A DNA stretch of 64,000 bases from Candidatus Bathyarchaeota archaeon (GTDB lineage Archaea; Thermoproteota; Bathyarchaeia; Bathyarchaeales; Bathycorpusculaceae). Every line of letters starts with the position of its first letter. Position 1 is the stretch's first letter. A program made the position numbers and the translations under genes. The notes under the pieces were generated by a model. The model saw only the letters and a list, made by a program, of their open reading frames with translations, was not told where the DNA came from and did not search any database. The stretch spans positions 32,001 through 96,000 of the forward strand of contig CAVTZU010000011.1 of the NCBI GenBank assembly GCA_963739305.1, read 5' to 3'. Below are positions 1 to 9,995 of the stretch, piece after piece.

Positions 1-1
1 A

Positions 2-472
2 GTGGAAGTTGACCTAGCTTATGACGAAACCGCAGACGCCGTAGTAGCTGCCGGACTCGCAGCTGCAGAAACGCTTGACTCATTCATTCACGAAGCCAGA
101 AGACTCGGTATCTACTCAATAGTAGACATGCTAAACGTTGAAGACCCACTCAAGAAACTCAAATCAATCAAAGAGTTCCCGGACATCGTCGGATTGCACA
201 GAGGAATAGATCAAGAAACCGGAAGAGAACATGGACTGGAGATCATCCCAGAAATAAGGCAAATCTTCAAAGACAAGAAATTCCTGATAGCCGTAGCCGG
301 CGGAATAGTGCCTGAAACCGCAAAACAAGCTCTTCAAAAAGGCGCAGACATAATTATCGTCGGAAGATACATAACCCAATCAAGAGACGTCGAACACGCG
401 GTCAGAGACTTCCTTGAAGCAACACCAGAAATGAGAGAAGACGTAGACCTCTTCAGGGTACATGTCGAATAA
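2..472 (+). CDS. C-terminal part of 3-hexulose-6-phosphate synthase (probably Fae-Hps fusion); 5' end outside window
   Basis: OMPDC/HUMPS barrel motifs VDMLNV, GLHRGID, AVAGGI and GADIIIVGRYIT. Confidence 0.8.
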   Translation: MEVDLAYDETADAVVAAGLAAAETLDSFIHEARRLGIYSIVDMLNVEDPLKKLKSIKEFPDIVGLHRGIDQETGREHGLEIIPEIRQIFKDKKFLIAVAGGIVPETAKQALQKGADIIIVGRYITQSRDVEHAVRDFLEATPEMREDVDLFRVHVE

Positions 473-497
473 ACCCCTCTCTCCTTTCTTTTTTCAA

Positions 498-1754
498 CTA
501 GAAGAGCTTGAAAGAAACGTAAGCGACAAGAAAGATTACCCCTGCAGTGACAAAGACACAGAAGAAACCGAGCGTACCACCGAACGTTTGAGCGAGGAAA
601 GGACCAATGAAGGAGCCGAAAGCACCGCCGACACCGATCAACACGTTGAATAAACCGGATTTTCCAGCAGGAATAAGCTCCATGGACAATGATAGCGTGT
701 AGACCATAAACATCGCGAAAAGGAAACCCAACAAGATCAGAAGCGCAGTGGCGAATCCCACAGAAGAAATTCCTGAAAGATACAGGGCGAAAACAAAGGC
801 AAATGCAAACAGACCTCTGGACAAAACAATTCTCCTCAGGTTTGTCTTCTCCCGCGACTCTTCCAAGCTGCGACCCGCTAATGCGTAACCTAAAATGGCT
901 CCGCCAGAGTTCAGGACGTACATCGCAAAAACCATTCCTTCGGGAAGAGAAGCGCTCGAAACAATGTTCTTAATGAATATTGGTAGAGGCGTAAAAAGTA
1001 TGCTCGTAGCCAGAGAAAACAGGACCAAACCAACGCAGAAGGCAGTCACATTTTCCTTCTTCAGCTTCTCAGTGACAGACGCCCCGTCCAGAAGCCTCGA
1101 AGCCACGTAGATCCCGCGCGAAGCAAAATCCACGGCCTTCTCCATACCTACCAGTTTCCTTTCAAAAACCAATAAGGGGTCCCTAACAAGTACCACTGAA
1201 AGAACGAAGCCTACAAAATTCAAGCCGCTACATACAAAAAACGTCATCACTGAACCGATCCCAAGGATCGAAGTCACAAACCCTAACAACAGCCCGATAA
1301 GCCAACCAAATTCAGTCAAACCTTCGTAAAATGCGTAACTTCGATGCCAATCCTCATGCGAGTAAAGTTCAGCAATCAACACGTTTTTTGGAGGTTCATG
1401 CGCCATATGAAGTATCGACATCAAACCATAAAGAACTATCAACAGAAAAATGCTCTGCGTGTAAGTAAAAAAGTACAGGATGATTGCCGAGGTCAAGAAC
1501 GACAAAAGGATGTAACGCTTGTAACGTCGCGTCTTGTCGCACAAATATCCCCACAAGAAAGAGGCTGGAATCGCCACGAACAACGCGACGGCTGAAAAAA
1601 CGCCTATGTAAAACATGCCGTTGCTGGGGTCAATGCCAATAATATAGAGGGGGAGAAAAATAGACAGTAGTCCGAAGCCCATTTCGTGGAAGAAGAACCC
1701 CAGTCGCCACATAGCCAGAAAACGTCTCGCTAGTGAATTAAAACCTTTACGCAC
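498..1754 (-). CDS. MFS transporter (true start may be ATG at 1712)
   Basis: About 12 hydrophobic segments; motif A-like WGYLCDKTRRYK. Confidence 0.85.
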   Translation of the reverse strand: MRKGFNSLARRFLAMWRLGFFFHEMGFGLLSIFLPLYIIGIDPSNGMFYIGVFSAVALFVAIPASFLWGYLCDKTRRYKRYILLSFLTSAIILYFFTYTQSIFLLIVLYGLMSILHMAHEPPKNVLIAELYSHEDWHRSYAFYEGLTEFGWLIGLLLGFVTSILGIGSVMTFFVCSGLNFVGFVLSVVLVRDPLLVFERKLVGMEKAVDFASRGIYVASRLLDGASVTEKLKKENVTAFCVGLVLFSLATSILFTPLPIFIKNIVSSASLPEGMVFAMYVLNSGGAILGYALAGRSLEESREKTNLRRIVLSRGLFAFAFVFALYLSGISSVGFATALLILLGFLFAMFMVYTLSLSMELIPAGKSGLFNVLIGVGGAFGSFIGPFLAQTFGGTLGFFCVFVTAGVIFLVAYVSFKLF

Positions 1755-1855
1755 AAAAACCCGGCTTTTCTGTGGATAGCAAACAAACCTTTAACAAATC
1801 CTTAATAACGAGATGTTCAACTTTCATAACACTGCCTCAAAGAAGGCTATCTGCA

Positions 1856-2320
1856 ATGGCAAAGTTCAAAGTCATCGTTTCAGACCCTGAAACCGGCACC
1901 TCAAAAGTCGTCGAGCTTCAAGAAGCACGTGCTGCTCCGCTTGTCAGCAAGAAAATAGGCGAAGTCATCGACGGAGCAATAGTTGACATGCCAGGACATA
2001 AAGTGCAACTGATGGGTGGCTCCGACAAAGACGGGTTCCCTATGAGACCGAGCGTTCACGGCGGTGTCCGAAGGAGAATCGTACTCAGCGGAGGCGTCGG
2101 ATTTAACCCCACGGACCATGGAATGCGAAGACGCAAAACAGTCAGGGGAAACATTGTGACCGAAGAGATCGTTCAGGTGAATCTGAAAGTTGTTGAGAAG
2201 CCAAAAGGCGCCAAAGAAGCAAAGAAAACAAAAGAAAAGAAAGAAGAAAAAAGCTCAACCCCGAAAGAATCTCAAGCATCAGCTCAGCCTCCGGCTCAAC
2301 CGCAAAGCAAAGCTCAATGA
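1856..2320 (+). CDS. rps6e: 30S ribosomal protein S6e with K/E/Q/P-rich C-terminal tail
   Basis: MAKFKVIVSDP...GGSDKDGFPMR...RRRKTVRGN; start reassigned to ATG 1856. Confidence 0.95.
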   Translation: MAKFKVIVSDPETGTSKVVELQEARAAPLVSKKIGEVIDGAIVDMPGHKVQLMGGSDKDGFPMRPSVHGGVRRRIVLSGGVGFNPTDHGMRRRKTVRGNIVTEEIVQVNLKVVEKPKGAKEAKKTKEKKEEKSSTPKESQASAQPPAQPQSKAQ

Positions 2321-2392
2321 GCCCTTAACGTTTATTAGCAGCATCAAATCTAGTTCTTCAAGAATTTGTAAACATTCATGGGAAAATAGAGA

Positions 2393-3637
2393 ATGAGCAG
2401 CGAAAAACGTGCACCTTTGCCCCGTCAACCCGAAGTCAACGTCGGCACGATAGGACATGTCGATCATGGCAAGACAACCCTCGTCCAAGCGATGACCGGC
2501 GTCTGGGCCTCAAGACACAGCGAAGAGCTGAAGAGAGGCATTACTATCAAACTAGGGTATGCCGACATGCCAGTTTACCAATGCTCACAATGCGAATCGC
2601 CCTACAACCTTTCAACTTCACCAGACTGCCCCAAATGCAGTTCAAAAGGTGTTTTCGTCCGGGCAATCAGCTTTGTCGATGCCCCAGGGCACGAAGCATT
2701 GATGGCAACTATGCTCTCGGGAGCCGCCATTATGGATGGTGCTTTGCTAGTTATAGCTGCAGACGAGCCCTGCCCACAACCACAAACAAGAGAGCACCTG
2801 GCAGCTGCCGACGCCATCGGCATAAAAGACATAATAATCGTTCAGAACAAAATCGACATCGTTGACGAAAAAAGAGCACGCCAAAGCTATGCAGAGATAA
2901 AAGCTTTTGTGAAGGGAACCGCGGCGGAGAACGCGCCGATAATCCCAATCTCAGCACAACGCGGAGTAAACATCGACATTCTACTTGCAGCAATACAGCA
3001 AATCATTCCGACACCAAACAGAGACGAAACAAAACCGCCCTTCATGTACATAGTTCGCTCCTTTGACACCAACAAACCTGGCACAACTGTCGACAAACTG
3101 GAAGGCGGAGTGCTAGGTGGAACAATCGTCGAAGGAAAACTCCACGTGGGCGATGAACTAGAGATAAGGCCCGGAACAGTGGTAGAAGGAAAAGACACTT
3201 ATCAACCGTTGTTCAGCGAAATCGTAAGCCTGCAGGCAGGCCAAAGGAACGTGACAGAAGCCCGCTGCGGCGGACTAGTAGGCGTTGGGACACTCCTTGA
3301 CCCTTCATACTCAAAAGCCGACAGCCTCATCGGCAACATCGCCGGAAAACGCGACATGCTTCCCCCAACGACCTCGGAACTACTCCTAGAGACCAAAATT
3401 CTCGAGAGAGCCGTAGGCACGAAGGAGCTATCTAAAATCGAAGCAGTCGCAATGAACGAATCGCTCCTTCTCCACGTGGGCGCCGCCATCACCGTCGGCA
3501 AAGTATCGTCAGTGAGAAAGAACAGCGTCCAAATAAAACTCACCCGACCAGTGTGCGTCCAGAAAGGGTCAAGAGTCGCCTTAAGTAGAAAAATCGCGGG
3601 AAGATGGCGGCTAATCGGTTTCGGAATGATACTTTAG
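2393..3637 (+). CDS. eif2g: Translation initiation factor 2 gamma subunit
   Basis: QPEVNVGTIGHVDHGKTT, RGITIKLGY, DAPGHE, NKID, Zn knuckle, C-terminal WRLIGFG. Confidence 0.97.
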   Translation: MSSEKRAPLPRQPEVNVGTIGHVDHGKTTLVQAMTGVWASRHSEELKRGITIKLGYADMPVYQCSQCESPYNLSTSPDCPKCSSKGVFVRAISFVDAPGHEALMATMLSGAAIMDGALLVIAADEPCPQPQTREHLAAADAIGIKDIIIVQNKIDIVDEKRARQSYAEIKAFVKGTAAENAPIIPISAQRGVNIDILLAAIQQIIPTPNRDETKPPFMYIVRSFDTNKPGTTVDKLEGGVLGGTIVEGKLHVGDELEIRPGTVVEGKDTYQPLFSEIVSLQAGQRNVTEARCGGLVGVGTLLDPSYSKADSLIGNIAGKRDMLPPTTSELLLETKILERAVGTKELSKIEAVAMNESLLLHVGAAITVGKVSSVRKNSVQIKLTRPVCVQKGSRVALSRKIAGRWRLIGFGMIL

Positions 3638-3638
3638 G

Positions 3639-4064
3639 ATGATCGCAAAGCCTAAACCCACGAGAAAGATTCCTGCGATCATCTTGGATGCAAACGCTTT
3701 CTTTGTTCCCGTAACATTCAATATAGACATCTTCGAAGAATTGAAAAAGATTCTGAACAGAAACTTTGAACCCGTCCTGCTTTCTCCCACGCTGGAAGAA
3801 CTCCAAAGAATCTCAACCCGTGGTTCGCCGAAAATGCGAAAGCAAGCAGAAAACGCTTTGAGGCTAGCTCAAAAATGCAGGGTTTTGAAGATCGCTCATA
3901 GGAACGAGATCCCCGTTGACGACCTAATTGTCCAAGTGGCCAGCAATCAGAAATATGCGGTTTTCACCAATGACAGACAGTTAAGGAACAGGCTAAGAGA
4001 TATAAATGTGCCAGTGATCTATGTGAGACAAAAGTCACGTCTAGAAATCGACGGGAGGCTATGA
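3639..4064 (+). CDS. PIN-domain RNase (Fcf1/Utp24-like)
   Basis: ILDANA...VDD...TNDRQL acidic PIN motifs; conserved position between eIF2g and rpoE'. Confidence 0.85.
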   Translation: MIAKPKPTRKIPAIILDANAFFVPVTFNIDIFEELKKILNRNFEPVLLSPTLEELQRISTRGSPKMRKQAENALRLAQKCRVLKIAHRNEIPVDDLIVQVASNQKYAVFTNDRQLRNRLRDINVPVIYVRQKSRLEIDGRL

Positions 4065-4067
4065 CCC

Positions 4068-4667
4068 CTGTTCAAACTTATAACAAGAGAAGATACCATT
4101 CGCATTCCGCCTGAAACCTTCGGCAACCCACTGGAAGCTGTGGGACACCAACAGGTCAAGGCGAAGTATGAAGGCGTTGTTGACGAGGAACTGGGCTATG
4201 TCATCGCCGTCACACAAGTGAAAGTGAGCCAAATCGGCAAAATCATCCCTGGAGACGGTGCCACATACCATAAAGTAAGCTTTTCGTTGCTAACCTTCTA
4301 CCCTAAGATCCAAGAAGTTGTTGAAGGCGAAGTTGTTGAAATCGCCGACTTTGGTGCGTTCGTTCGCATAGGACCGATCGACGCGCTGCTTCACGTTTCG
4401 CAACTGATGGACGACTTCATTTCGTACGATGAGAAACAAGGGGTTCTTCTGGGGAAGGAGAGCAAGAGAAGGCTCATGAGCGGCGACCAAGTTCGCGTGC
4501 GCATAACGGCAGTTTCACTTGGGAGAGCTGGAAGTTCAGGCAAGATTGGCGTGACTGCAAGACAACCATTCCTGGGCAAGCTCGAATGGATAGACGCGGA
4601 TTTGCAGAAGATCAGAGAAGCTGCGGAAAAGAAACCAACAGAGAAGAAGGGGAAGGCAAGTGAGTGA
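4068..4667 (+). CDS. rpoE1: DNA-directed RNA polymerase subunit E' (Rpo7); probable CTG start
   Basis: Frame reads (L)FKLITREDTIRIPP from 4068, matching the RpoE' N-terminus; S1 domain FGAFVRIGPIDALLHVSQ. Confidence 0.92.
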   Translation: MFKLITREDTIRIPPETFGNPLEAVGHQQVKAKYEGVVDEELGYVIAVTQVKVSQIGKIIPGDGATYHKVSFSLLTFYPKIQEVVEGEVVEIADFGAFVRIGPIDALLHVSQLMDDFISYDEKQGVLLGKESKRRLMSGDQVRVRITAVSLGRAGSSGKIGVTARQPFLGKLEWIDADLQKIREAAEKKPTEKKGKASE

Positions 4668-4845
4668 GAAAGCCTGCACCAACTGCCACTTTCTCACACG
4701 AGAGAACGTCTGCCCCAAGTGCAAAGGGACAAGCCTTAGCGACGATTTCAGTGGGCTGATTATTGTTTTTGACCCTGAAAACTCTGAGGTTGCAAAGGCC
4801 ATGAACATAAAAGAAAAGGGCCGCTTTGCGCTAAGGGTCAGATGA
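4660..4845 (+). CDS. spt4: Transcription elongation factor Spt4 (RpoE'')
   Basis: KACTNC...CPKC...SDDFSGLIIVFDPENSEVAK. Confidence 0.93.
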   Translation: MSEKACTNCHFLTRENVCPKCKGTSLSDDFSGLIIVFDPENSEVAKAMNIKEKGRFALRVR

Positions 4846-4846
4846 A

Positions 4847-5380
4847 ATGCCGATCGAATACTATCTAACGCCAGAACTGCGTACAAGACTCAAACAGCCG
4901 TTGGGCATTCTGATCCGAGGTTCATTTGTTGAAACAATGAAGATGCTCAGAAAAGTGATTCAGGACGAGAAGCCTTCAGCCGTAATTTCTGTAGGAGACA
5001 CTGTCTCTAGAAACCTCGCAAAGAACGGTTTTACCCCTCAACTCTCAATTGTTGACAATAAGTGCATGCGAAAAAGCATAGAGCCAGCCAGGTTGGCGGC
5101 TGACCAAACCGTCTACGTGAAAAACCCGCAGGGAACGATTACGGATGAAGCTGAGGAAGCGATTGGAAATGCCCTCAGAGGAAACCAAAGCGTCAAAATG
5201 GTCGTAGAGGGAGAAGAAGACCTTCTAACGCTCCCCGCAATACTCCACGCATCTAACAATGCTCTTGTCGTTTACGGCCAACCCTACGAGGGAATCGTAG
5301 TCGTCATCGTGACCGATGAAAAAAGAGCAGAGGTCAAAGCAATCCTGAAGTCAATGGGAAAAACTCAAAAAGCTAAATAA
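4847..5380 (+). CDS. GTP-dependent dephospho-CoA kinase (DUF359)
   Basis: LKQPLG, VGD, NPQGTIT, GEEDLL, YGQP; conserved synteny. Confidence 0.88.
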   Translation: MPIEYYLTPELRTRLKQPLGILIRGSFVETMKMLRKVIQDEKPSAVISVGDTVSRNLAKNGFTPQLSIVDNKCMRKSIEPARLAADQTVYVKNPQGTITDEAEEAIGNALRGNQSVKMVVEGEEDLLTLPAILHASNNALVVYGQPYEGIVVVIVTDEKRAEVKAILKSMGKTQKAK

Positions 5381-5422
5381 GAGCGTGTAGCATCAAAGTC
5401 AACACCTCAACGAGGAAACATC

Positions 5423-5728
5423 ATGGAAGTCAAGATCATATCTGAGAAAGACAATCAGCTTCTGAAGCGCAAGGAAGTGCGTTTTCAAATCAAACATGCC
5501 GCAGCCTCCACACCGCCCAGGCTGGAAATCAGAAGGGCAGTTGCGGACGCGTTGAAGGCGAACGTTGACTTGGTCTTTGTGAAACGGTTCGTAACGAAGT
5601 CAGGAATGCACATCGCGATTGGTGTAGCAAACCTTTATGATACTGTTGACAATGCGAAGCTCGTGGAGCCTGAGTACATTGTCAAGAGGAACATTCCTCC
5701 TCCTAAAACTGAGGAAAAGAAGGAGTAA
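5423..5728 (+). CDS. rps24e: 30S ribosomal protein S24e
   Basis: NQLLKRKEV...TPPR...EPEYIVKRN. Confidence 0.93.
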   Translation: MEVKIISEKDNQLLKRKEVRFQIKHAAASTPPRLEIRRAVADALKANVDLVFVKRFVTKSGMHIAIGVANLYDTVDNAKLVEPEYIVKRNIPPPKTEEKKE

Positions 5729-5736
5729 GATAATAG

Positions 5737-6060
5737 ATGTCGAAGAAAGGCGATAAGAAGGAAGCATCAAAGAAAGCAGAGGAGCCTAAGAAAGAAGCAA
5801 AAAAGCCAGAAGCGCCGCCAGTGGAAGTGCCGAAGGAAGAAGCAAAACCAGCGCCGAAAGCAGAGAAAGCCCCAAAGCCGGAGAAGAAAAAGAAAGAAGA
5901 GAAGGGCATCTTCAAACTCTACAAGGTTGAACAAGACAAGGTCGTCAGACTTCGACCAACGTGCGAGCGGTGTGGACCAGGTTACTTTATGGCTGACCAC
6001 GGCAACAGGTACACGTGCGGACACTGTGGATTCACGCGGTATAAGCCAGTCAAGGAATAA
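5737..6060 (+). CDS. rps27ae: 30S ribosomal protein S27ae with K/E/P/A-rich N-terminal extension
   Basis: C-terminal CERCGPGYFMADHGNRYTCGHCG zinc ribbon. Confidence 0.93.
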   Translation: MSKKGDKKEASKKAEEPKKEAKKPEAPPVEVPKEEAKPAPKAEKAPKPEKKKKEEKGIFKLYKVEQDKVVRLRPTCERCGPGYFMADHGNRYTCGHCGFTRYKPVKE

Positions 6061-6091
6061 ACATCTTTAAATCGACCGATGATCAAGCTTC

Positions 6092-6532
6092 TTGATGGTC
6101 CCTAAAATGCTAAGGGTTAACGTTATTGTATCCAATATTTCTGCTGAACGCTTCCTAGATTTTCGAAAACCCTTCCCTCAAATTCACATCAGCACGAACC
6201 TCAACCTGACGAGTATGGAGAAGAAACCGGACGATTCTTTGGAAGTCCCGTTCATCCTAACAATCAGCTATAACCCCTCTGTAGCTCAGATTAACTTAAA
6301 GGGAACAGCATACGTTGTCGGAGAAAAGCACGAAATAGAACAGGCGTACAATGATTATGAGGCAAAGAAGCCCCCGCCGCCAGTGGTCATTCAATCCGTC
6401 TCAAACGTCGCTTTCATCGAGTCGGTTCTTATATCAAGAACTCTGAACGTTCCTCCACCAATTCCGTTGCCTCAGATTCCCGAAAACAAACCAATCGAAA
6501 AGAGGCCCTCCGACGGAGACTATACGCGTTAG
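6092..6532 (+). CDS. Conserved archaeal hypothetical protein (possible SecB-like fold)
   Basis: Beta-rich N-terminal half, a helix, then LNVPPPIPLP tail; follows rps27ae. Confidence 0.6.
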   Translation: MMVPKMLRVNVIVSNISAERFLDFRKPFPQIHISTNLNLTSMEKKPDDSLEVPFILTISYNPSVAQINLKGTAYVVGEKHEIEQAYNDYEAKKPPPPVVIQSVSNVAFIESVLISRTLNVPPPIPLPQIPENKPIEKRPSDGDYTR

Positions 6533-6546
6533 AAAAGACTAGACGA

Positions 6547-6951
6547 TCATTTTAGAGGAACGTACATCGAAGAGCGAGAGGCACCTATGCCCGGAGTTCC
6601 GTGCCTAACGGGCTTGTTTGTGACCGCGAATTCACCCAAGTAATGCCCAATCATTTCAGGCTTTATTTCCACCTGAACAAAGTCTTTCCCATTATGAACA
6701 CCGATCACGAGCCCCACCATCTCTGGAAGTATTATCATGTTCCGAACGTGAGTTTTCACTGAAGAGCTTCCTCCCTTCCGCATTTCTTCCCGCGTCTGCC
6801 TAATCTTTTCAAGCAGTATTCTTTGTTCGGGTTGCAATCCACGGTGAAGACTTCGCCTCTGTCTAGACGGTAGAAGGTCGATGAACTCGTCCATCGACAT
6901 GCTTTGCAGTTGGCTGAGACTTAGTCCACGGTACATGTATTCCTTCGGCAT
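6547..6951 (-). CDS. rps19: 30S ribosomal protein S19
   Basis: [15 protein letters not shown]...MIGHYLGEF...[12 protein letters not shown]. Confidence 0.97.
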   Translation of the reverse strand: MPKEYMYRGLSLSQLQSMSMDEFIDLLPSRQRRSLHRGLQPEQRILLEKIRQTREEMRKGGSSSVKTHVRNMIILPEMVGLVIGVHNGKDFVQVEIKPEMIGHYLGEFAVTNKPVRHGTPGIGASRSSMYVPLK

Positions 6952-6992
6952 TTCTACCTCACCCTAATCATTGCACCTGCAACTGTGAGCGT

Positions 6993-7736
6993 TTACTCCT
7001 TTGCTATTTTCTTCTTTTTCCTTCCAGTGCCGCGAGCCGCAATTAGACCGACCTTCTGTCCAGGAGGAGCTCCATGCGAGGTCGTCGTGCCTTTCCTTGC
7101 GCTTCTCTTGCTACTGCCATACGGGTGCACTGCGGCAACCATCTTTCGACCACTGGTCCTAGGATACTTTCGTCCTCTTGCTCTCATCAGATGGAATTTG
7201 GTACCCGCTTTTAAGAATGGTTTGTCTGTACGACCTGACCCTGAAACAATACCTATCGTTGCCCGACAGTAGTCTGCAACGTACTTCGACTTGCCCGACG
7301 GAAGCTTGACAATCGTACCATTGGGCGTGTGAGTTACAACGGTCGCATACGACCCCGAAGATTTCGAAAGTTTGCCACCGTCTCCTGGGCGAAGTTCTAT
7401 GTTGCAAATCATCGTGCCCTCAGGGATCTTGCCGACGGGAAGTATGTTTCCAACGTCAACAACTGCTTTTCCGCCGAACTGAATCGGTTTGCCCTCATAA
7501 ACGCCTTCGGGAACGACCGTGTAGAACGTCTCTCCGCTTTCGAACCTTATCAACCCCAACGGTGTCCCTCTTCCAGGGTCATGAACCAATTGTTTAACCA
7601 CGCCGCTCAGTGTAGTTTCAAAGCTTTCTTTCACTTTGGTTGAAGGATACCTTGCGGGCGCAACTCTCTTGTGTGTTGAAGCTTGGAACGTTGATCCCCC
7701 ACGCCCACGCCTCTGAACACGAATCCTCTTTCCCAT
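6993..7736 (-). CDS. rpl2: 50S ribosomal protein L2
   Basis: MGKRIRVQRRGRG, HDPGR, HPYG, PPGQKVGLIAAR. Confidence 0.97.
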   Translation of the reverse strand: MGKRIRVQRRGRGGSTFQASTHKRVAPARYPSTKVKESFETTLSGVVKQLVHDPGRGTPLGLIRFESGETFYTVVPEGVYEGKPIQFGGKAVVDVGNILPVGKIPEGTMICNIELRPGDGGKLSKSSGSYATVVTHTPNGTIVKLPSGKSKYVADYCRATIGIVSGSGRTDKPFLKAGTKFHLMRARGRKYPRTSGRKMVAAVHPYGSSKRSARKGTTTSHGAPPGQKVGLIAARGTGRKKKKIAKE

Positions 7737-7755
7737 CAGTCAATCCACACCAAGC

Positions 7756-8016
7756 TTATAGTATTCCAAGTCTAATAGCGATGTCAGCTGCCTTGTAGTC
7801 AGGATGCAGTTTCACGAAAGCTTTCTTCTCGCCACGAGGGGTTATCTGCATGTTGACGTGCTGGACCTTCACTTCATAGAGCTGCTCCACCGCCTTCTTA
7901 ACGTCGCTTTTTCCAGCTTTCAAATCAACCATAAACACAATTTTGTTCTCTTTCTCCACCAATAAACTAGCAGACTCAGTCATCAGCGGATAAAGAATGA
8001 TGCTGTACGGGTCCAT
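7756..8016 (-). CDS. rpl23: 50S ribosomal protein L23
   Basis: PLMTE...KKAVEQLY...GEKKAFVKL. Confidence 0.96.
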   Translation of the reverse strand: MDPYSIILYPLMTESASLLVEKENKIVFMVDLKAGKSDVKKAVEQLYEVKVQHVNMQITPRGEKKAFVKLHPDYKAADIAIRLGIL

Positions 8017-8807
8017 TAGTCGCGTCCTCCTTGACCATACAAGTTACCGAGCTTCTCGATTGCACCACTCGTCCAGATGATTAGCCTTCCCGGGTGTGTG
8101 CCGGGAGCAAGCATTTCTGCGTTGAGATCTGTCACTGAGACGGCGTCGACGCCGGGAATGTTGTTCGCAGCTTCAATGATCCCCTTGTTCTCGGCTACCA
8201 CGATCAGCGGTCCGACGCTTTGCTTCATCTTGCGTCCTCTGCTCTTGCCTTTTCCTGCCCGTACCTTTCTGCTTTCCCTAACGCGGAAAATCTCAGACAA
8301 CGCTCCAAGTCGAATTAGAGCTTCCTCAACTTCCTTTGTCTTTTGTAAGCTTTCAATCTCAGGCGTGACAACAAGCGGGATCTGCGGAACGTCCTCGATA
8401 TTGTGACCCCTTTTGGCTACTGTTTCTTTGGAAGCCGTCGCCGCTATCGCGGAAAGTAGGGCCAATCGCTTCTCTTTCTTCGGAATCTTCTTGACGATCT
8501 TCTTCTCGGAAAGAGGCGGATGTGCCGCCCTACCGCCAACTGTTCCAGGAGCGAAGGCAGCCCTCGCGGTTCCTCCCTTGCGTCTAGGTATTCTTGCCTG
8601 ACCTGAACCTGTTCCTTGGGATTCAGCGGTCGTTCTCTTGCCAGCCATAGGATCTCTCCCTTGTGGCTGAATCCTTTTCGATTGTATCGCTAAGACAGCT
8701 CGCTTAATGACGTCTGGTCGAAGCGGAGTTGCAAAAAGCGGCGGAAGCTCAATTTTCCCCACTGCTCTTCCTTCGAGATTGAAAACCTTAACCGCCTTCT
8801 TGACCAT
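8016..8807 (-). CDS. rpl4: 50S ribosomal protein L4
   Basis: RPDVIKRA, AGKRTTAES, GGRAAHPP, LAPGTHPGRL. Confidence 0.96.
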   Translation of the reverse strand: MVKKAVKVFNLEGRAVGKIELPPLFATPLRPDVIKRAVLAIQSKRIQPQGRDPMAGKRTTAESQGTGSGQARIPRRKGGTARAAFAPGTVGGRAAHPPLSEKKIVKKIPKKEKRLALLSAIAATASKETVAKRGHNIEDVPQIPLVVTPEIESLQKTKEVEEALIRLGALSEIFRVRESRKVRAGKGKSRGRKMKQSVGPLIVVAENKGIIEAANNIPGVDAVSVTDLNAEMLAPGTHPGRLIIWTSGAIEKLGNLYGQGGRD

Positions 8808-8821
8808 CAGGGCTCACCCAG

Positions 8822-9835
8822 TCATCTTCCCTGCGGCGATTCAAGCGACACGTAAGTTATCTGCGGTGGTTCTTCCGCAACACTCCTCGGCGGTCGAGCA
8901 GGATAACGAAGCCGTATCGGCCGTTTCTCGGTGCCCGCCACGCTTCCCGCAAGAAGCAGGTATGGACCCTTGATGATGCCGTACCTCAGAAAACCACCCT
9001 TCGGGGTGATTTCCTTTCCATCCTTGCCGATCCTCAGAATGCGCTTGTTGTACTCCGTTCTCTGGTGGTAGCCCATCTGTCCAGCTCTGGCGATGCTGTA
9101 CATTACGTGGTGCGGGTTCCATGGTCCCAGGGTGGCAACGCCTCTTTTCGTCTTTCTTCCTTTAGCCTGAAGAATCGTTACTCCCCAACGTTTGACAGGC
9201 CCCTGCCAGCCTTTGCCCGTTGAAACGGAAGCGATGTCGACAAACTGACCTTCTTTGAAGATCTCTGCGACGGTTATAGTTTTTCCCAGAAGAGTTTTTG
9301 CATACTCGAACTGCTCCTGGACTGTACCCCCGCCGATTTCTATCTCGGTCACGTCTGGCTTCTTCTTTGAAAGACTTGCTTCTTTCGGTTGAGTTAGCGT
9401 GATGACACGGACTTTAGCGACTTTGGGCAGGTTTTCTTCGACTCTTTTCAAAGCTTCTTCTGTACCAAAGTCTTTTGGAAGGGTCAAGACCCGTCCCAAA
9501 CTGGCCGGAGGCTCCTTCAACCAAGCTTCAGCCAAACTGTGCAGACCGTCCATGTCCTTCGCATAAACCTTTATGGCACCGACCAGTATAGGTGGTGTTT
9601 CCAAGACCGTTGCTGGAACAATGACTTCTTTCCCGAAGTCCGGCGATCGTTTACGGTCCTCGATCGTGAAAACGTGAGTCATGCCCGCCTTGAAACCGGT
9701 GAAACCCAGAAGGCGAGGCGCTTCTGATGTTATCCTAGGCCAAAAGCGTACCTTGGCAAGTAAGCGTTCAGAACGTTTCCTAGGCAAGTATGCGAGAGAA
9801 CCATGTCTAGGAGCGTGTGTTTTACGGTGTCCCAT
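8822..9835 (-). CDS. rpl3: 50S ribosomal protein L3
   Basis: PRHGSLAYLPRKR, GFKAGMTH, GKGWQGPVKRWG, GQMGYHQRTEYNK. Confidence 0.97.
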   Translation of the reverse strand: MGHRKTHAPRHGSLAYLPRKRSERLLAKVRFWPRITSEAPRLLGFTGFKAGMTHVFTIEDRKRSPDFGKEVIVPATVLETPPILVGAIKVYAKDMDGLHSLAEAWLKEPPASLGRVLTLPKDFGTEEALKRVEENLPKVAKVRVITLTQPKEASLSKKKPDVTEIEIGGGTVQEQFEYAKTLLGKTITVAEIFKEGQFVDIASVSTGKGWQGPVKRWGVTILQAKGRKTKRGVATLGPWNPHHVMYSIARAGQMGYHQRTEYNKRILRIGKDGKEITPKGGFLRYGIIKGPYLLLAGSVAGTEKRPIRLRYPARPPRSVAEEPPQITYVSLESPQGR

Positions 9836-9995
9836 CGTTTTTCCGACTCGCGTCTTCTAGGAATAATAACGATGAGTTATAAACATTGCTCTACGATAGC
9901 GGCTGCTTTGGAATGTTCACTGTTTTTGTTTTCTGAGCTGGAAAACACTGACAAGCGTTAAATCTGCAAGAATTTAGTCTTCTTGAGGATGGCAC

